Notes under the pieces: model-generated
Told to the model about the DNA's origin: nothing
Databases searched by the model: none
The model's input: only the letters and a program-made list of their open reading frames with translations
Assembly (NCBI GenBank): GCA_018816485.1
Contig: JAHIVL010000061.1
Span: 1-38,844 of the forward strand
Length of the DNA: 38,844 bases
Source: Patescibacteria group bacterium
Lineage (GTDB): Bacteria > Patescibacteriota > Microgenomatia > UBA1400 > PJMF01
Direction: 5' to 3'
Part shown: positions 29,585-38,710 of the stretch, one piece after another
How positions within the stretch are numbered: the first letter of the stretch is position 1
Layout of the letters: every line of letters starts with the position of its first letter
Position numbers and translations under genes: made by a program

Positions 29585-31804
29585 ATGGGTTTAAGTTTTA
29601 ATAGTAGTCTCAAGCCGGAAGAACATAAAAAAATTGGTCGTAATGAACTATGTTCATGTGGTAGTGGTAAGAAATTTAAAAAATGTTGTTTACAAAAGCA
29701 GAACGAACAACAATATTCTGCAGGTAATAAACAAGGGAAAGTTGCTAGAGTTGTAGATTGGGTAACCCAGCAGCCGTGGAATGAATGGTACTTACAAGCT
29801 TATTTCAAGCGTTATTATCCAAATTTGACTATGGAAGAATCAGAGATGAGTGCGATTATGGATTTAGCTATTTTTGAAGGACTAGTTGGCAGTAAGACTC
29901 CACTGGAAATGTTTGTGTCTCAAGCTACTTTAACTACTTCAGAAAGAAATTATTATCAAAGCTGGACTGATAATCATATCTTTTCTTTTTTTAAAGTTCA
30001 AGAAGTTGATTTAGGACAAAGTGTTGTTCTTAAAGATTTGCTATCTAAATTGGGTAAAACATATTTTGTACTAGAAAAGCAGGGCACTTATACTATGTCT
30101 GTTGGTACTGTTGTAGCCGCACGACTTGTTTCTCATTATGATGATTGGATGATGAGTGGAGGAGCGCTTTTTGCCCTGCCATCAGAATTTACACATCTGT
30201 TACAAAAAAATAGAGATAAACTTCCTAGTGAAGGAATTACTCAACAAGAGTTCATGGAAAGCTCACTACCTCAATTTGACCACATAGATAAAGATTCTTT
30301 GGTTGAAAATGGCTACACTCTTGATGAGGTGGAGAAAGCATTGAGTTTACTAGGCGAAGAACTTGATGTTGTTGAGGTATTACAACGATGTAAACCTGTT
30401 GCAATGGGAACTAGCGTTGTTAACGATAAACAATTGAATAGCAGTGAATTGTATAAAAATGATCTGCAAGAAATAATTTTTAAATGCGATAGTCAGCACC
30501 AAATTAATAGACTATTTAGCTTACTAAAAAGGTTGGGTGACTTAACTGTCCCGGATAGTTTTGATAGCAATGTTAGTAAACAGATTCAAGTAGGGAAAGC
30601 TGAGGTCGAAAAATTTGAATTTAAAACAAACTTTGCGGATTCTCATGAAGGTTTATCTTCCAAGCAAATTAAAATTTATAATAAGGCCGCAAGCAACTTG
30701 CTCAATAAAAAACCACTATTAGCTCTTAAGCAGTTTGCTCAATTGACATCTGTTGTTGAGTCAATAGATGAGTCATTTCGTTGGTATGGCAATGTAGGAA
30801 CGTGTTTGTCAATGTTGGGACAATTAAAATTAGCAGAGTCATTTTTTAAAAAGGCTGTAAGGATTAATTCTAACTACGATGTTGCAAAAAACAACTTAAA
30901 AAATTTTGATGATGACAAGATTAAAGACCAGCTTATTAATCAAGGATCAATATATTTTTGGTCTATGTTTCATAGAACAAAGTGGGCCCTAAATTTAGCC
31001 GATAGCGTGAGTTCTAAGTTACTTCAAAAATCAAATCCAAGCTTATTACAAGATATGATAGTTTTTTTGAGTTATTTTGAAGATAATAAAGTAAGTTTAA
31101 CACCAAAAAGAAAAGATATTCCCTTAAAGACCGTGAAGGTTATTAATAAACTGTTTGTTGTTGCAGATTCAGAAACAATGTCTTACAAATTTAGCAAGGA
31201 GTCTGAGTTTTCTCAACTAAGGTTGTTACGTATGGTAGCTTTATTTACTGGTTGGGTTAAAATTACTACCACTGGGCGCAAAACATCCAGACCTATTTTA
31301 AGTATTACTAATAAGGGTAAAGAGTGGCTTAAGAAACCAGCCTTGGACCAGTTTAGTATGTTGCTCACAGCCTGGTGGGGGGATACTGCATGGGAAGAGG
31401 TATATGATTTTCATAATTTAGCTACTGGCTTTATTGAGCAATCTCTTGGTTTTTATCAAGATTCTTTGTTTGTGTGTTTGAGAAGTCTTTACTGGGCTAA
31501 TGGATGGCTCTCTTTAGAGAAAGTAATGGGTAGTTTTTCTTCAACGGCGGATGAGTTTGAAATTTTCTTATCTAGCTCTATGTTTGAAAGGGATGTCTTA
31601 ATATTTTTAACTAAGGCGGGATTGGTGAAGCCTAAGTACCAGGATTTAGTATTTGTTAGGGGAGAAATATCGTTTGATGATGATCCAGACGACAAAAGAG
31701 AGCAAGCTTATAAAATGACAGCTTTAGGCAGGCAAGTATTTGTAGTGTTGGAAGAAAGATTGAGAGGTATGGTGCCAAAAGAAATTTTGCAGATGGAGTT
31801 GTAG
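29585..31804 (+). CDS. SEC-C motif / TPR-containing protein
   Basis: KIGRNELCSCGSGKKFKKCC; TPR-like YGNVGTCLSMLGQLKLAESFFKKAVRINSNY. Confidence 0.85.
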   Translation: MGLSFNSSLKPEEHKKIGRNELCSCGSGKKFKKCCLQKQNEQQYSAGNKQGKVARVVDWVTQQPWNEWYLQAYFKRYYPNLTMEESEMSAIMDLAIFEGLVGSKTPLEMFVSQATLTTSERNYYQSWTDNHIFSFFKVQEVDLGQSVVLKDLLSKLGKTYFVLEKQGTYTMSVGTVVAARLVSHYDDWMMSGGALFALPSEFTHLLQKNRDKLPSEGITQQEFMESSLPQFDHIDKDSLVENGYTLDEVEKALSLLGEELDVVEVLQRCKPVAMGTSVVNDKQLNSSELYKNDLQEIIFKCDSQHQINRLFSLLKRLGDLTVPDSFDSNVSKQIQVGKAEVEKFEFKTNFADSHEGLSSKQIKIYNKAASNLLNKKPLLALKQFAQLTSVVESIDESFRWYGNVGTCLSMLGQLKLAESFFKKAVRINSNYDVAKNNLKNFDDDKIKDQLINQGSIYFWSMFHRTKWALNLADSVSSKLLQKSNPSLLQDMIVFLSYFEDNKVSLTPKRKDIPLKTVKVINKLFVVADSETMSYKFSKESEFSQLRLLRMVALFTGWVKITTTGRKTSRPILSITNKGKEWLKKPALDQFSMLLTAWWGDTAWEEVYDFHNLATGFIEQSLGFYQDSLFVCLRSLYWANGWLSLEKVMGSFSSTADEFEIFLSSSMFERDVLIFLTKAGLVKPKYQDLVFVRGEISFDDDPDDKREQAYKMTALGRQVFVVLEERLRGMVPKEILQMEL

Positions 31805-31820
31805 GTAAAAAACTTGATAA

Positions 31821-31893
31821 TGTTTCTGTAGATACTAAAAATTATAGTAATTATAGAAATGATTGAGAAAATAAAAAAAGTACCATTTTTATC
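31821..31893 (+). repeat. 73-bp exact copy of the abiEi promoter/operator and first codons (21-aa stub at 31859-31924)
   Basis: Identical to 34619-34691. Confidence 0.93.
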
Positions 31894-31955
31894 ACAAAGC
31901 TCCTTTTCCATTTCGCCAAATTAGGCGAAAATTGGTGAATTGAGGTTAACTGTAA

Positions 31956-32006
31956 TAAACTGACGCCAGTTTGGTAGAGAAATCATGTCAAACTGGTGTC
32001 AGTTTA
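31956..32006. repeat. 18-bp inverted repeat (MITE, IS-end or hairpin)
   Basis: TAAACTGACGCCAGTTTG-15 nt-CAAACTGGTGTCAGTTTA, one mismatch. Confidence 0.8.
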
Positions 32007-32058
32007 ATTTGGTAAAACTTATTCGGTACTTGATTTTGGACGTGTGACCAATAGTGTA

Positions 32059-32110
32059 AAAATGTGCATAGTAATAGTTTAAAAATGTGCACTTTTCCTT
32101 GATCCTAGTA
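32059..32110 (+). repeat. 52-bp dispersed repeat, copy 2 (IS21-like terminal sequence)
   Basis: 51/52 identical to 12106-12157. Confidence 0.75.
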
Positions 32111-33071
32111 TTTACCCTATAGTTTTAGAAAAACAACAAGGAAGTAAAAAATATATTGAGATTGTGGTAGAAAAAAGTTTTATCTCTCCACATTTTGCAG
32201 ACCACATTGCTTATCAAAGAGTTGGAAGGACTTCACAAAAGCTATCTGCTCAAGAAATAGAAAAATATATTTCTCAAAGAAATACTGTTAGTTTTGACAA
32301 TACAGCACTTTTGCCAGTAAAAATTGAGAATATATCTATTGCCAAGGTTAAAGAGTTTTTAGATTCAATTAATAAAAATTATCCTGTGAATTCTTACCTT
32401 CTTTCTAGAAATTGCTTAAAACAAGAGTCAGCAGTATCAAGCTCTTTACCTACTTTTAACTCCTACAGTTGCAGGTATTTTACTATTTGGAGAGGATCCA
32501 CAGTCATTTCTCACTCAGTCACATATTACGTTAGTTGATTACACCAAGTCGGCACAAAAAGAAGTTAAAGTAATAAAATCTATTGCTGGAACAGTGTTGG
32601 AGCAGTTATCACAGCTGGTTGAGAATATTTACAGGGCTTTACTCTCCTTTGGATATTTTACCCAAAAATGAGATAAAAAGAAAAAAAGTCTATGTGATTC
32701 CACCAGCTATTTTAAGAGAGATACTGGTTAATGCACTTACTCATAGGGATTACTCTGATTATGGAAGAAAAACAATTATCCAGTTGTATAAAGATAGATT
32801 TACCATCTCTAATCCAGCTAGATTTGATAAAAATATAACAGAAAATGACTTAATTAACTATCAATACTCACAAAATCCTATTTTAACTAGAGTCTTTTTT
32901 GAAGCAGGATTGATAGAGGAAATTGGTAAAGGATATAGCTCATCTGAGTTGGCGAAGTCTCTAGATGTTTCAAAGGATACTATCTTGAGTGATTTGGAAA
33001 CATTAAAATCATTAATTAATATTGTTGACGAAGGGTAAGGTAGAACAACTAGATATCGTTGGATTCAGTAA
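32110..33071 (+). pseudogene. Fragmented AlbA_2 / HATPase_c_4 / HTH protein (RecG-C-like ATP-binding regulator)
   Basis: AYQRVGRTSQKLS (end of AlbA), PTVAGILLFG, PPAILREILVNALTHRDYS..ISNP and a C-terminal HTH; frameshifts and an internal stop; 5' end missing at the repeat. Confidence 0.8.
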
Positions 33072-33139
33072 ACTATAAATCAAACCATAAACAATGGTCA
33101 TTGTTATAATGTCTATTGTTGTGTTAAAATAACAACTAT

Positions 33140-34600
33140 ATGAAAAAATTTTATAATCGAAAAGATGAAATCCAGGCTTTACTAGATATACACAAAGAAT
33201 CAAAAGACCAAGCTAGATTTACTTATATTATCGGTCAAAGAAGAATTGGCAAGACGAAGTTAATAGAACACGTATTTCTAAATTCAAAATTTCAAAAAAA
33301 GAACAAAGTTGTGTACTTTTTTGTTGAACGTAAATCTGTAGATGCTCTTTTACTAGAGTTTACAGATTTGTTAAAAAGTATTTTTGATCTTACCCCAGAG
33401 TTTAAAGATTTATCTTCATTTTTTAAGTATCTTTTTGAGCAATCTAGACACCAAAATTTAACAATAATTTTTGACGAGTTTCAAAATTTTAGTTATGTTG
33501 ATTCAAGTGTCTTTTCTACTTTGCAAAAACTATGGGACAAACACAAATATGAATCTTACCTCAATTTAATTACTATCGGGTCAATATATTCTTCAATGGA
33601 AAAAATATTTGTATCAAAACATGAACCTTTATTTGGTAGGCCTACAGATAAATTATCTCTTAAAACATTTAGTATTTCCACTTTACAAGAGATATTAAAA
33701 GATAATAAAGTTAATAGTTTTGACCAGTTACTAAGTAATTTCACATTATTTAATGGTATTCCTAAATATTGGGATATTCTTGAATATAAGAAATTGTTGA
33801 ATAAAAAACCAGACGAAATTTTACTTGATTTATTTTTATCTTCACGGTCTTTACTAAAGAATGAAGGTAAAGAGTTACTTATGGAAGAATTTGGTCCAGA
33901 ATATCATACTTATTTTTCTATTATTGAGGCTATAGCAACACTTAGTAAAGTTTCAACTAATAAAATAGCTTCTAGGGTAGGTATTGAGTCTCATCATGTT
34001 AGTACTTACTTAGCATCTTTAAATAAAAAGTTTAGTTTAATTACTAAGAAAAAATCACTAATTAATTTCTCAAATAAAAAAGGGAGATATATACTTAACA
34101 ATAGATTTTTGCAAACTTGGTTTAGGTACATATTTGCTAATAAAAGTTTAGTGGAGTCTGGGAACAAACAAGAGATTATAAACAAATTTAATAAAGATTT
34201 TCAGAGTTATAAAGGACTGGCTTTTGAAGATCTTACTATTCAGATACTAAAATCAACTTATCAAAAGTTTTCATATGAAACATGGGGAGGGTATTGGGAC
34301 AAGCAGAGAGAAATAGATATTGTAGGTATAAATAAATCTGAAAAAACTGCGATGATTGGAGAGTGTAAATTATCTGTTAATATGGTTAATGATGAAATAG
34401 TTCAAAAAATGGAAGAAAATGCTAGATACTTGAGTTCTGTTTTGGTGGGTTACAAGGTTAAAAAATATATCTTTGTTGCTAGTAAAGGTAGTAAGAGTAA
34501 AGCTAAGCAGTGGGATGATGATTATGGTATTAAGTTGGTTGATAAAGATGAGCTGTTAGGTTTAATAACTGAATCAACTCGGAATGAGTGTTGCGAGTAG
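33140..34600 (+). CDS. AAA ATPase (archaeal ATPase_2 type) with wHTH and a DUF234 PD-(D/E)XK domain
   Basis: FYNRKDE, GQRRIGKT, IIFDEFQ, PLFGR, GLAFED and EIDIV...IGECK. Confidence 0.9.
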   Translation: MKKFYNRKDEIQALLDIHKESKDQARFTYIIGQRRIGKTKLIEHVFLNSKFQKKNKVVYFFVERKSVDALLLEFTDLLKSIFDLTPEFKDLSSFFKYLFEQSRHQNLTIIFDEFQNFSYVDSSVFSTLQKLWDKHKYESYLNLITIGSIYSSMEKIFVSKHEPLFGRPTDKLSLKTFSISTLQEILKDNKVNSFDQLLSNFTLFNGIPKYWDILEYKKLLNKKPDEILLDLFLSSRSLLKNEGKELLMEEFGPEYHTYFSIIEAIATLSKVSTNKIASRVGIESHHVSTYLASLNKKFSLITKKKSLINFSNKKGRYILNNRFLQTWFRYIFANKSLVESGNKQEIINKFNKDFQSYKGLAFEDLTIQILKSTYQKFSYETWGGYWDKQREIDIVGINKSEKTAMIGECKLSVNMVNDEIVQKMEENARYLSSVLVGYKVKKYIFVASKGSKSKAKQWDDDYGIKLVDKDELLGLITESTRNECCE

Positions 34601-34620
34601 TTGTTTAATGTGTTATATTG

Positions 34621-34657
34621 TTTCTGTAGATACTAAAAATTATAGTAATTATAGAAA
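34621..34657. promoter_or_regulatory. Imperfect inverted repeat upstream of abiEi (probable autoregulatory operator)
   Basis: TTTCTGTAGATACTA ... TAGTAATTATAGAAA; AbiEi proteins are known to bind promoter inverted repeats. Confidence 0.55.
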
Positions 34658-35277
34658 TGATTGAGAAAATAAAAAAAGTACCATTTTTATCTAAAACAGC
34701 GCTTGCTGTGGCTTTAGATAAAAATAAAAATACTTTGCGCAACACTATAGATTATTGGGTTAAAAACAAAACTCTTACGAGGCTTAAGAGAGGTTTTTAT
34801 GTGTTTAGTAGTTTTTTAGACAGAAAAAATAACTCACTATATTATTCTAAATTTTTAGCGACTAAATTGATAGAGCCAAGTTATTTGAGTAAGGAATTTA
34901 TTCTACAAGAATATCAAATATTGACAGATGTAGTGTATGGTTATTCAGTAGTTACTTTAAAAAAGACAAATACTATTGCGAATAAATTTGGAGTTTTTAA
35001 TTATAGTTCAATAAAAAAAGACTTATTTGTTGGTTTTTCTCAAGTATCATATGGAAGTATGAGTTGGTATGTGGCAAGCAAGGCCAAAGCACTGTTTGAC
35101 TATATTTATTTTAATCAAAACAAATTTACCACTTTTTCTGAAGGTGAGTTACTTGGTTTAAGGTTAAGATTAGAAGTGATGTCTGCTCAGGATTGGAAAG
35201 AGTATAAAAAATATCTTAAAAAAGCACCAAAAAAAATGAGTCAGATTTATAAAATTATGGAAACATCACTATGTTAA
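34657..35277 (+). CDS. Type IV toxin-antitoxin antitoxin, AbiEi-like
   Basis: wHTH LTRLKRGFY, PSYLSKEFILQEY and ASKAKALFDYIY; overlaps the downstream toxin gene. Confidence 0.85.
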   Translation: MIEKIKKVPFLSKTALAVALDKNKNTLRNTIDYWVKNKTLTRLKRGFYVFSSFLDRKNNSLYYSKFLATKLIEPSYLSKEFILQEYQILTDVVYGYSVVTLKKTNTIANKFGVFNYSSIKKDLFVGFSQVSYGSMSWYVASKAKALFDYIYFNQNKFTTFSEGELLGLRLRLEVMSAQDWKEYKKYLKKAPKKMSQIYKIMETSLC

Positions 35278-36128
35278 TAGATAATTTAAAAGAAATAGTG
35301 CAGATTAGTAGAAGTAAGAATATGTCTGTAGAGTATATAAAAATTGAACTTAAAGAAGTATTAATTGACTATACTTTAGATTTTATCTATAACTCACCAA
35401 AGTGGAACAAACTTATTTTTGGAGGTGGAACTGCTTTGAAAATGATTGGCAAGACAGCGAGATTGTCCGAAGATTTAGATATGGATTACTTAACAGCAGA
35501 ATTTGATTCAAAAGGTTTTGTTAAGAGTTTGCTAGCTTTTTTTAAAAATCTTGGAGTAGGTGAAGTCACAACAACACTGCAACATAAGGATCAAATTATT
35601 ACAATTAAGTTTCCAATCTTAAAAGAACTGGGTTTGATTAAAGATATAAAAAATGAAAGTAATTTACTTTATTTAAAAATAGAACTAGAGAAGAACAAAT
35701 ACTCTGAATTTACAACGGCAGTGACTCCTTTTATGAAAAACAACTTATTTTCTGTGGTTAAACACTATGATTTGGAGACACTTTTTGCCAATAAAATTGG
35801 CGCCATTTTGGGTAGAAAAAACAAGATCTATCATGATAAATATGATTTCAAAGGTCGTGATTTTTATGATCTAATTTGGTTTTTACAGCATAGCATTAAA
35901 CCAAATTTAAAAAGATTAAAGCAAATAATTAAAATTGAGCAAAAAAAGACAGTAGAAAATTACGATGATGTCTGGAAATTGCTAACAAATAGAGTTAAAG
36001 AAGTAAATACTGCTGGAATTTATGCAGATATGAAAAATTTAGTTAAAGAACCCGCAGGCATCAAACAATTGGCCAATAATTATCTAGAAATATATTCTTC
36101 TTTGGTAAAAAAACTGAGTTATAGCTAA
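35271..36128 (+). CDS. Type IV TA toxin, AbiEii nucleotidyltransferase
   Basis: FGGGTAL, RLSEDLDM, LFANKIGA and KGRDFYDLIW. Confidence 0.93.
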   Translation: MLIDNLKEIVQISRSKNMSVEYIKIELKEVLIDYTLDFIYNSPKWNKLIFGGGTALKMIGKTARLSEDLDMDYLTAEFDSKGFVKSLLAFFKNLGVGEVTTTLQHKDQIITIKFPILKELGLIKDIKNESNLLYLKIELEKNKYSEFTTAVTPFMKNNLFSVVKHYDLETLFANKIGAILGRKNKIYHDKYDFKGRDFYDLIWFLQHSIKPNLKRLKQIIKIEQKKTVENYDDVWKLLTNRVKEVNTAGIYADMKNLVKEPAGIKQLANNYLEIYSSLVKKLSYS

Positions 36129-36140
36129 GATTTACAAGAG

Positions 36141-36222
36141 CTTGAAACTTCTCAGCGCTGACAATAGTGTATGGGCAACTGTGTGTGAAGATAGGTCGAG
36201 GCCAGAATTAAGCGTTTTTTTG
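36141..36222 (+). repeat. Partial 5S rRNA copy (3' half plus T-run), attR-like
   Basis: 80/82 identical to 28310-28391; 5' half of 5S absent. Confidence 0.93.
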
Positions 36223-36271
36223 CGCCTATTTTGATGTTTAGTCTTTTCACTCGAGGTGATATAGTACCGTT

Positions 36272-37045
36272 ATGTTGAGTTACTTTTCTAAATACTGGTT
36301 TGATTTTGTCTGGGTGATGACTTTAAAAGAGATAAAAGCACGATACAAGCGTGTTTTTTTAGGATTTATTTGGGCAATTTTAAATCCAATTTTTCAAATG
36401 TTGGCTATTGGGTTTATATTCCAATTTTTTATTCCAGTAAAGATTGACAACTATTTCTACTTTCTATTTGCAGGGCTTCTTCCTTGGAATTTTTTTTCAT
36501 ATACATTTAGTAAATGTACCCCATTAATGCTTAATGAAAGATCTCTTATTCAAAAAGCAAAGTTTCCCAGAGAAGCACTTGTTCTTTCAATTGTTTTTTC
36601 AAATCTATTTCATTTTTTAATATCTCTATTTTTATTTACAGTGCTGACTATTTTTGTAGGCTATCTATCTTTGTTTAAATTATTTATTTTGTTTTTAGCT
36701 ATTTTGTGGTTAGTTTTCTTTACTATAGGAATTTCTTTTTTGTTATCGACGCTTTTTGTACGATACAGAGATATAAAATTTATTGTTCAAGCAATTATTC
36801 CTTTGTGGTTTTATGCAACTCCAATAATATACACAAGAGCTCTTTTGCCAGAATGGGTAGCAACTATTTTAAAGTTTAATCCTATGACAGGAATTATTGA
36901 GTTATTTCAGTTTGTTTTTATAAGTGGGAACTCAATTATTAACTTAGAAGCAGTTGTCCCAGGAATTTTAATTTCACTTACAATTGTATTAATTGGGATT
37001 TATTTATTTAAAAGGGACAATCAATATTTTGATGATTGGTTGTAA
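36272..37045 (+). CDS. wzm: ABC-2 polysaccharide export permease (Wzm/TagG-like)
   Basis: EIKARYKRVFLGFIWAILNP, GLLPWNFF, RYRDI, FYATPIIY and NPMTGIIE. Confidence 0.9.
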   Translation: MLSYFSKYWFDFVWVMTLKEIKARYKRVFLGFIWAILNPIFQMLAIGFIFQFFIPVKIDNYFYFLFAGLLPWNFFSYTFSKCTPLMLNERSLIQKAKFPREALVLSIVFSNLFHFLISLFLFTVLTIFVGYLSLFKLFILFLAILWLVFFTIGISFLLSTLFVRYRDIKFIVQAIIPLWFYATPIIYTRALLPEWVATILKFNPMTGIIELFQFVFISGNSIINLEAVVPGILISLTIVLIGIYLFKRDNQYFDDWL

Positions 37046-37048
37046 AAA

Positions 37049-37765
37049 ATGAAAAAAAATCAAAAAAAATTAGCAATAAAGATTAAAAATGTAACAAAAA
37101 CCTATGTTTTACGTCATGAAAAACCAACGCTGATAGAAAGTTTGCTCTATAGACCAAAAAAAGGAATTCATACTGCGTTAAAAGATATATCCTTTTCTGT
37201 ATATGAAGGTGAACGACTAGGAATTATTGGTAGTAATGGATCTGGAAAAACCACTCTATTAAAGTTAATTGCTGGGATTACAAAGCAGCAAAAAGGAGAT
37301 ATAAAAGTAAATGGAAGAGTAGTATCGCTAATTGATCTTTCAGCTGGTTTTCACCCAGATTTAACTGGTGAGGAAAATATTTTTTTGAATGGGTTGGTTA
37401 TTGGAATGACCAGAAGAGAAATTGAAGAAAAAAAACAATCAATTATAGATTTTGCAGATATTGGAAAGTTTATTGATGCTCCACTATATACTTACTCTGG
37501 TGGGATGGAGTTGAGATTGGGCTTTGCTATTGCAGTTCATTCTAATCCAGATGTATTGTTAGTTGACGAGGGTTTTGCGGTTGGAGATGAAAATTTTAGA
37601 GAAAAGGCTCACAAAAAAATTCTAGAGTTTAAAAGACAAAAAAAGACGTTAGTTATGGTTAGTCATTGGATTAGTGAATTAGAGCGCAATTGTAATAAAT
37701 TTTTATGGTTAGAAAGAGGTGAAATTGTTAAGTTTGGTGGAAAAGAAGTGCTAAAAAAATATTAA
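37049..37765 (+). CDS. wzt: Polysaccharide export ATP-binding protein (Wzt/TagH-like, no C-terminal carbohydrate-binding domain)
   Basis: GSNGSGKTT, GFHPDLTGEENI, YSGGMELRLGFA and DEGFAVGD. Confidence 0.92.
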   Translation: MKKNQKKLAIKIKNVTKTYVLRHEKPTLIESLLYRPKKGIHTALKDISFSVYEGERLGIIGSNGSGKTTLLKLIAGITKQQKGDIKVNGRVVSLIDLSAGFHPDLTGEENIFLNGLVIGMTRREIEEKKQSIIDFADIGKFIDAPLYTYSGGMELRLGFAIAVHSNPDVLLVDEGFAVGDENFREKAHKKILEFKRQKKTLVMVSHWISELERNCNKFLWLERGEIVKFGGKEVLKKY

Positions 37766-37786
37766 AATATTTTGTGTTTATAATTA

Positions 37787-38710
37787 ATGATGAAAACAAA
37801 TATACTTAAAAAAAATGAAAAACAACTAGATAAAGAAATTAGAAAAAGAAAACTAGAGGATCCTGATTTATTAAAGTCTCTTTCTAATATTTTAAAGAAA
37901 AAAAGAGGACATGTATTTAAAATGCCTGCTCCTAATACGCCTGTAATTGTTTTTATGTCTGGCGGTATTGATACCATAACAATAATAGCTATTTTGATGG
38001 AAGAGTTTGGTTTGCAAGTTTACCCAGTGTATTTTGATTTAGGTTTTCCTCAATCAAAATATGATAAAAAAAGTGTTTTTTTCTTTACAGATTACTATTT
38101 AAAAAAATATCCTAAATTATTTCACTCACCTATGGAAATATCATTGACGTTTCCTGCAAAACAAATGGCCAAGCATATACTTCCTAATTCAGGAAATATA
38201 TTTATAGATAAATCAATAAATCATCGCAGAGGAGTTCCTTTTTCTCCAGCAATTTTTGCATATAACGCTGTGCATTATGCTATCTCTCTAAGAGAAGGTA
38301 AAAGTATTGAAGTTAATACTATTTTTGGAGGAATTTTGCCATCTAATATTGACTGGTATTCATATGAGTCACTAACGACTCATAGGTCGATTAACCTTGA
38401 TATTTGTGTGTCTTTGAACGATTACTCTTGGCAGTACACTTCTTTACCGATTGAAAAAGAACTGGGATTTAATTTGCAAAAACAAGATCTTATTTCCTGG
38501 GGACATAAGTATGGATTGCCATTAGAAAAAACAAGGACTTGTAATGTAAAAAGAGAACATCAGTGTGGTGTGTGTGATATTTGTATAGTTAGAAAAAAGG
38601 CATTTAAGTTGGCAAAAGTAAAAGACAATACATTCTATTTATTTAAAAAGCCTTTACTTGAAAGAGTAAGGTATAGAGTAAAAAGGCATCTTCCATGGCT
38701 CTTAAAATAG
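37787..38710 (+). CDS. QueC-like (7-cyano-7-deazaguanine synthase family) PP-loop ATPase
   Basis: VFMSGGIDT PP-loop; C-terminal TRTC-x7-CGVCDIC..RKKAF Zn motif. Confidence 0.8.
   Translation: MMKTNILKKNEKQLDKEIRKRKLEDPDLLKSLSNILKKKRGHVFKMPAPNTPVIVFMSGGIDTITIIAILMEEFGLQVYPVYFDLGFPQSKYDKKSVFFFTDYYLKKYPKLFHSPMEISLTFPAKQMAKHILPNSGNIFIDKSINHRRGVPFSPAIFAYNAVHYAISLREGKSIEVNTIFGGILPSNIDWYSYESLTTHRSINLDICVSLNDYSWQYTSLPIEKELGFNLQKQDLISWGHKYGLPLEKTRTCNVKREHQCGVCDICIVRKKAFKLAKVKDNTFYLFKKPLLERVRYRVKRHLPWLLK

Larger units (their letters stand above)
28310..36222. mobile_element. Genomic island bounded by 82-bp direct repeats of the 5S rRNA 3' half
   Basis: 28310-28391 vs 36141-36222 match at 80/82; cargo is accessory or defence-type; no integrase seen. 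Confidence 0.75.

Noticed and set aside
36141..36222. A second functional 5S rRNA
   Set aside because: The 5' ~50 nt are missing, so helix I cannot form
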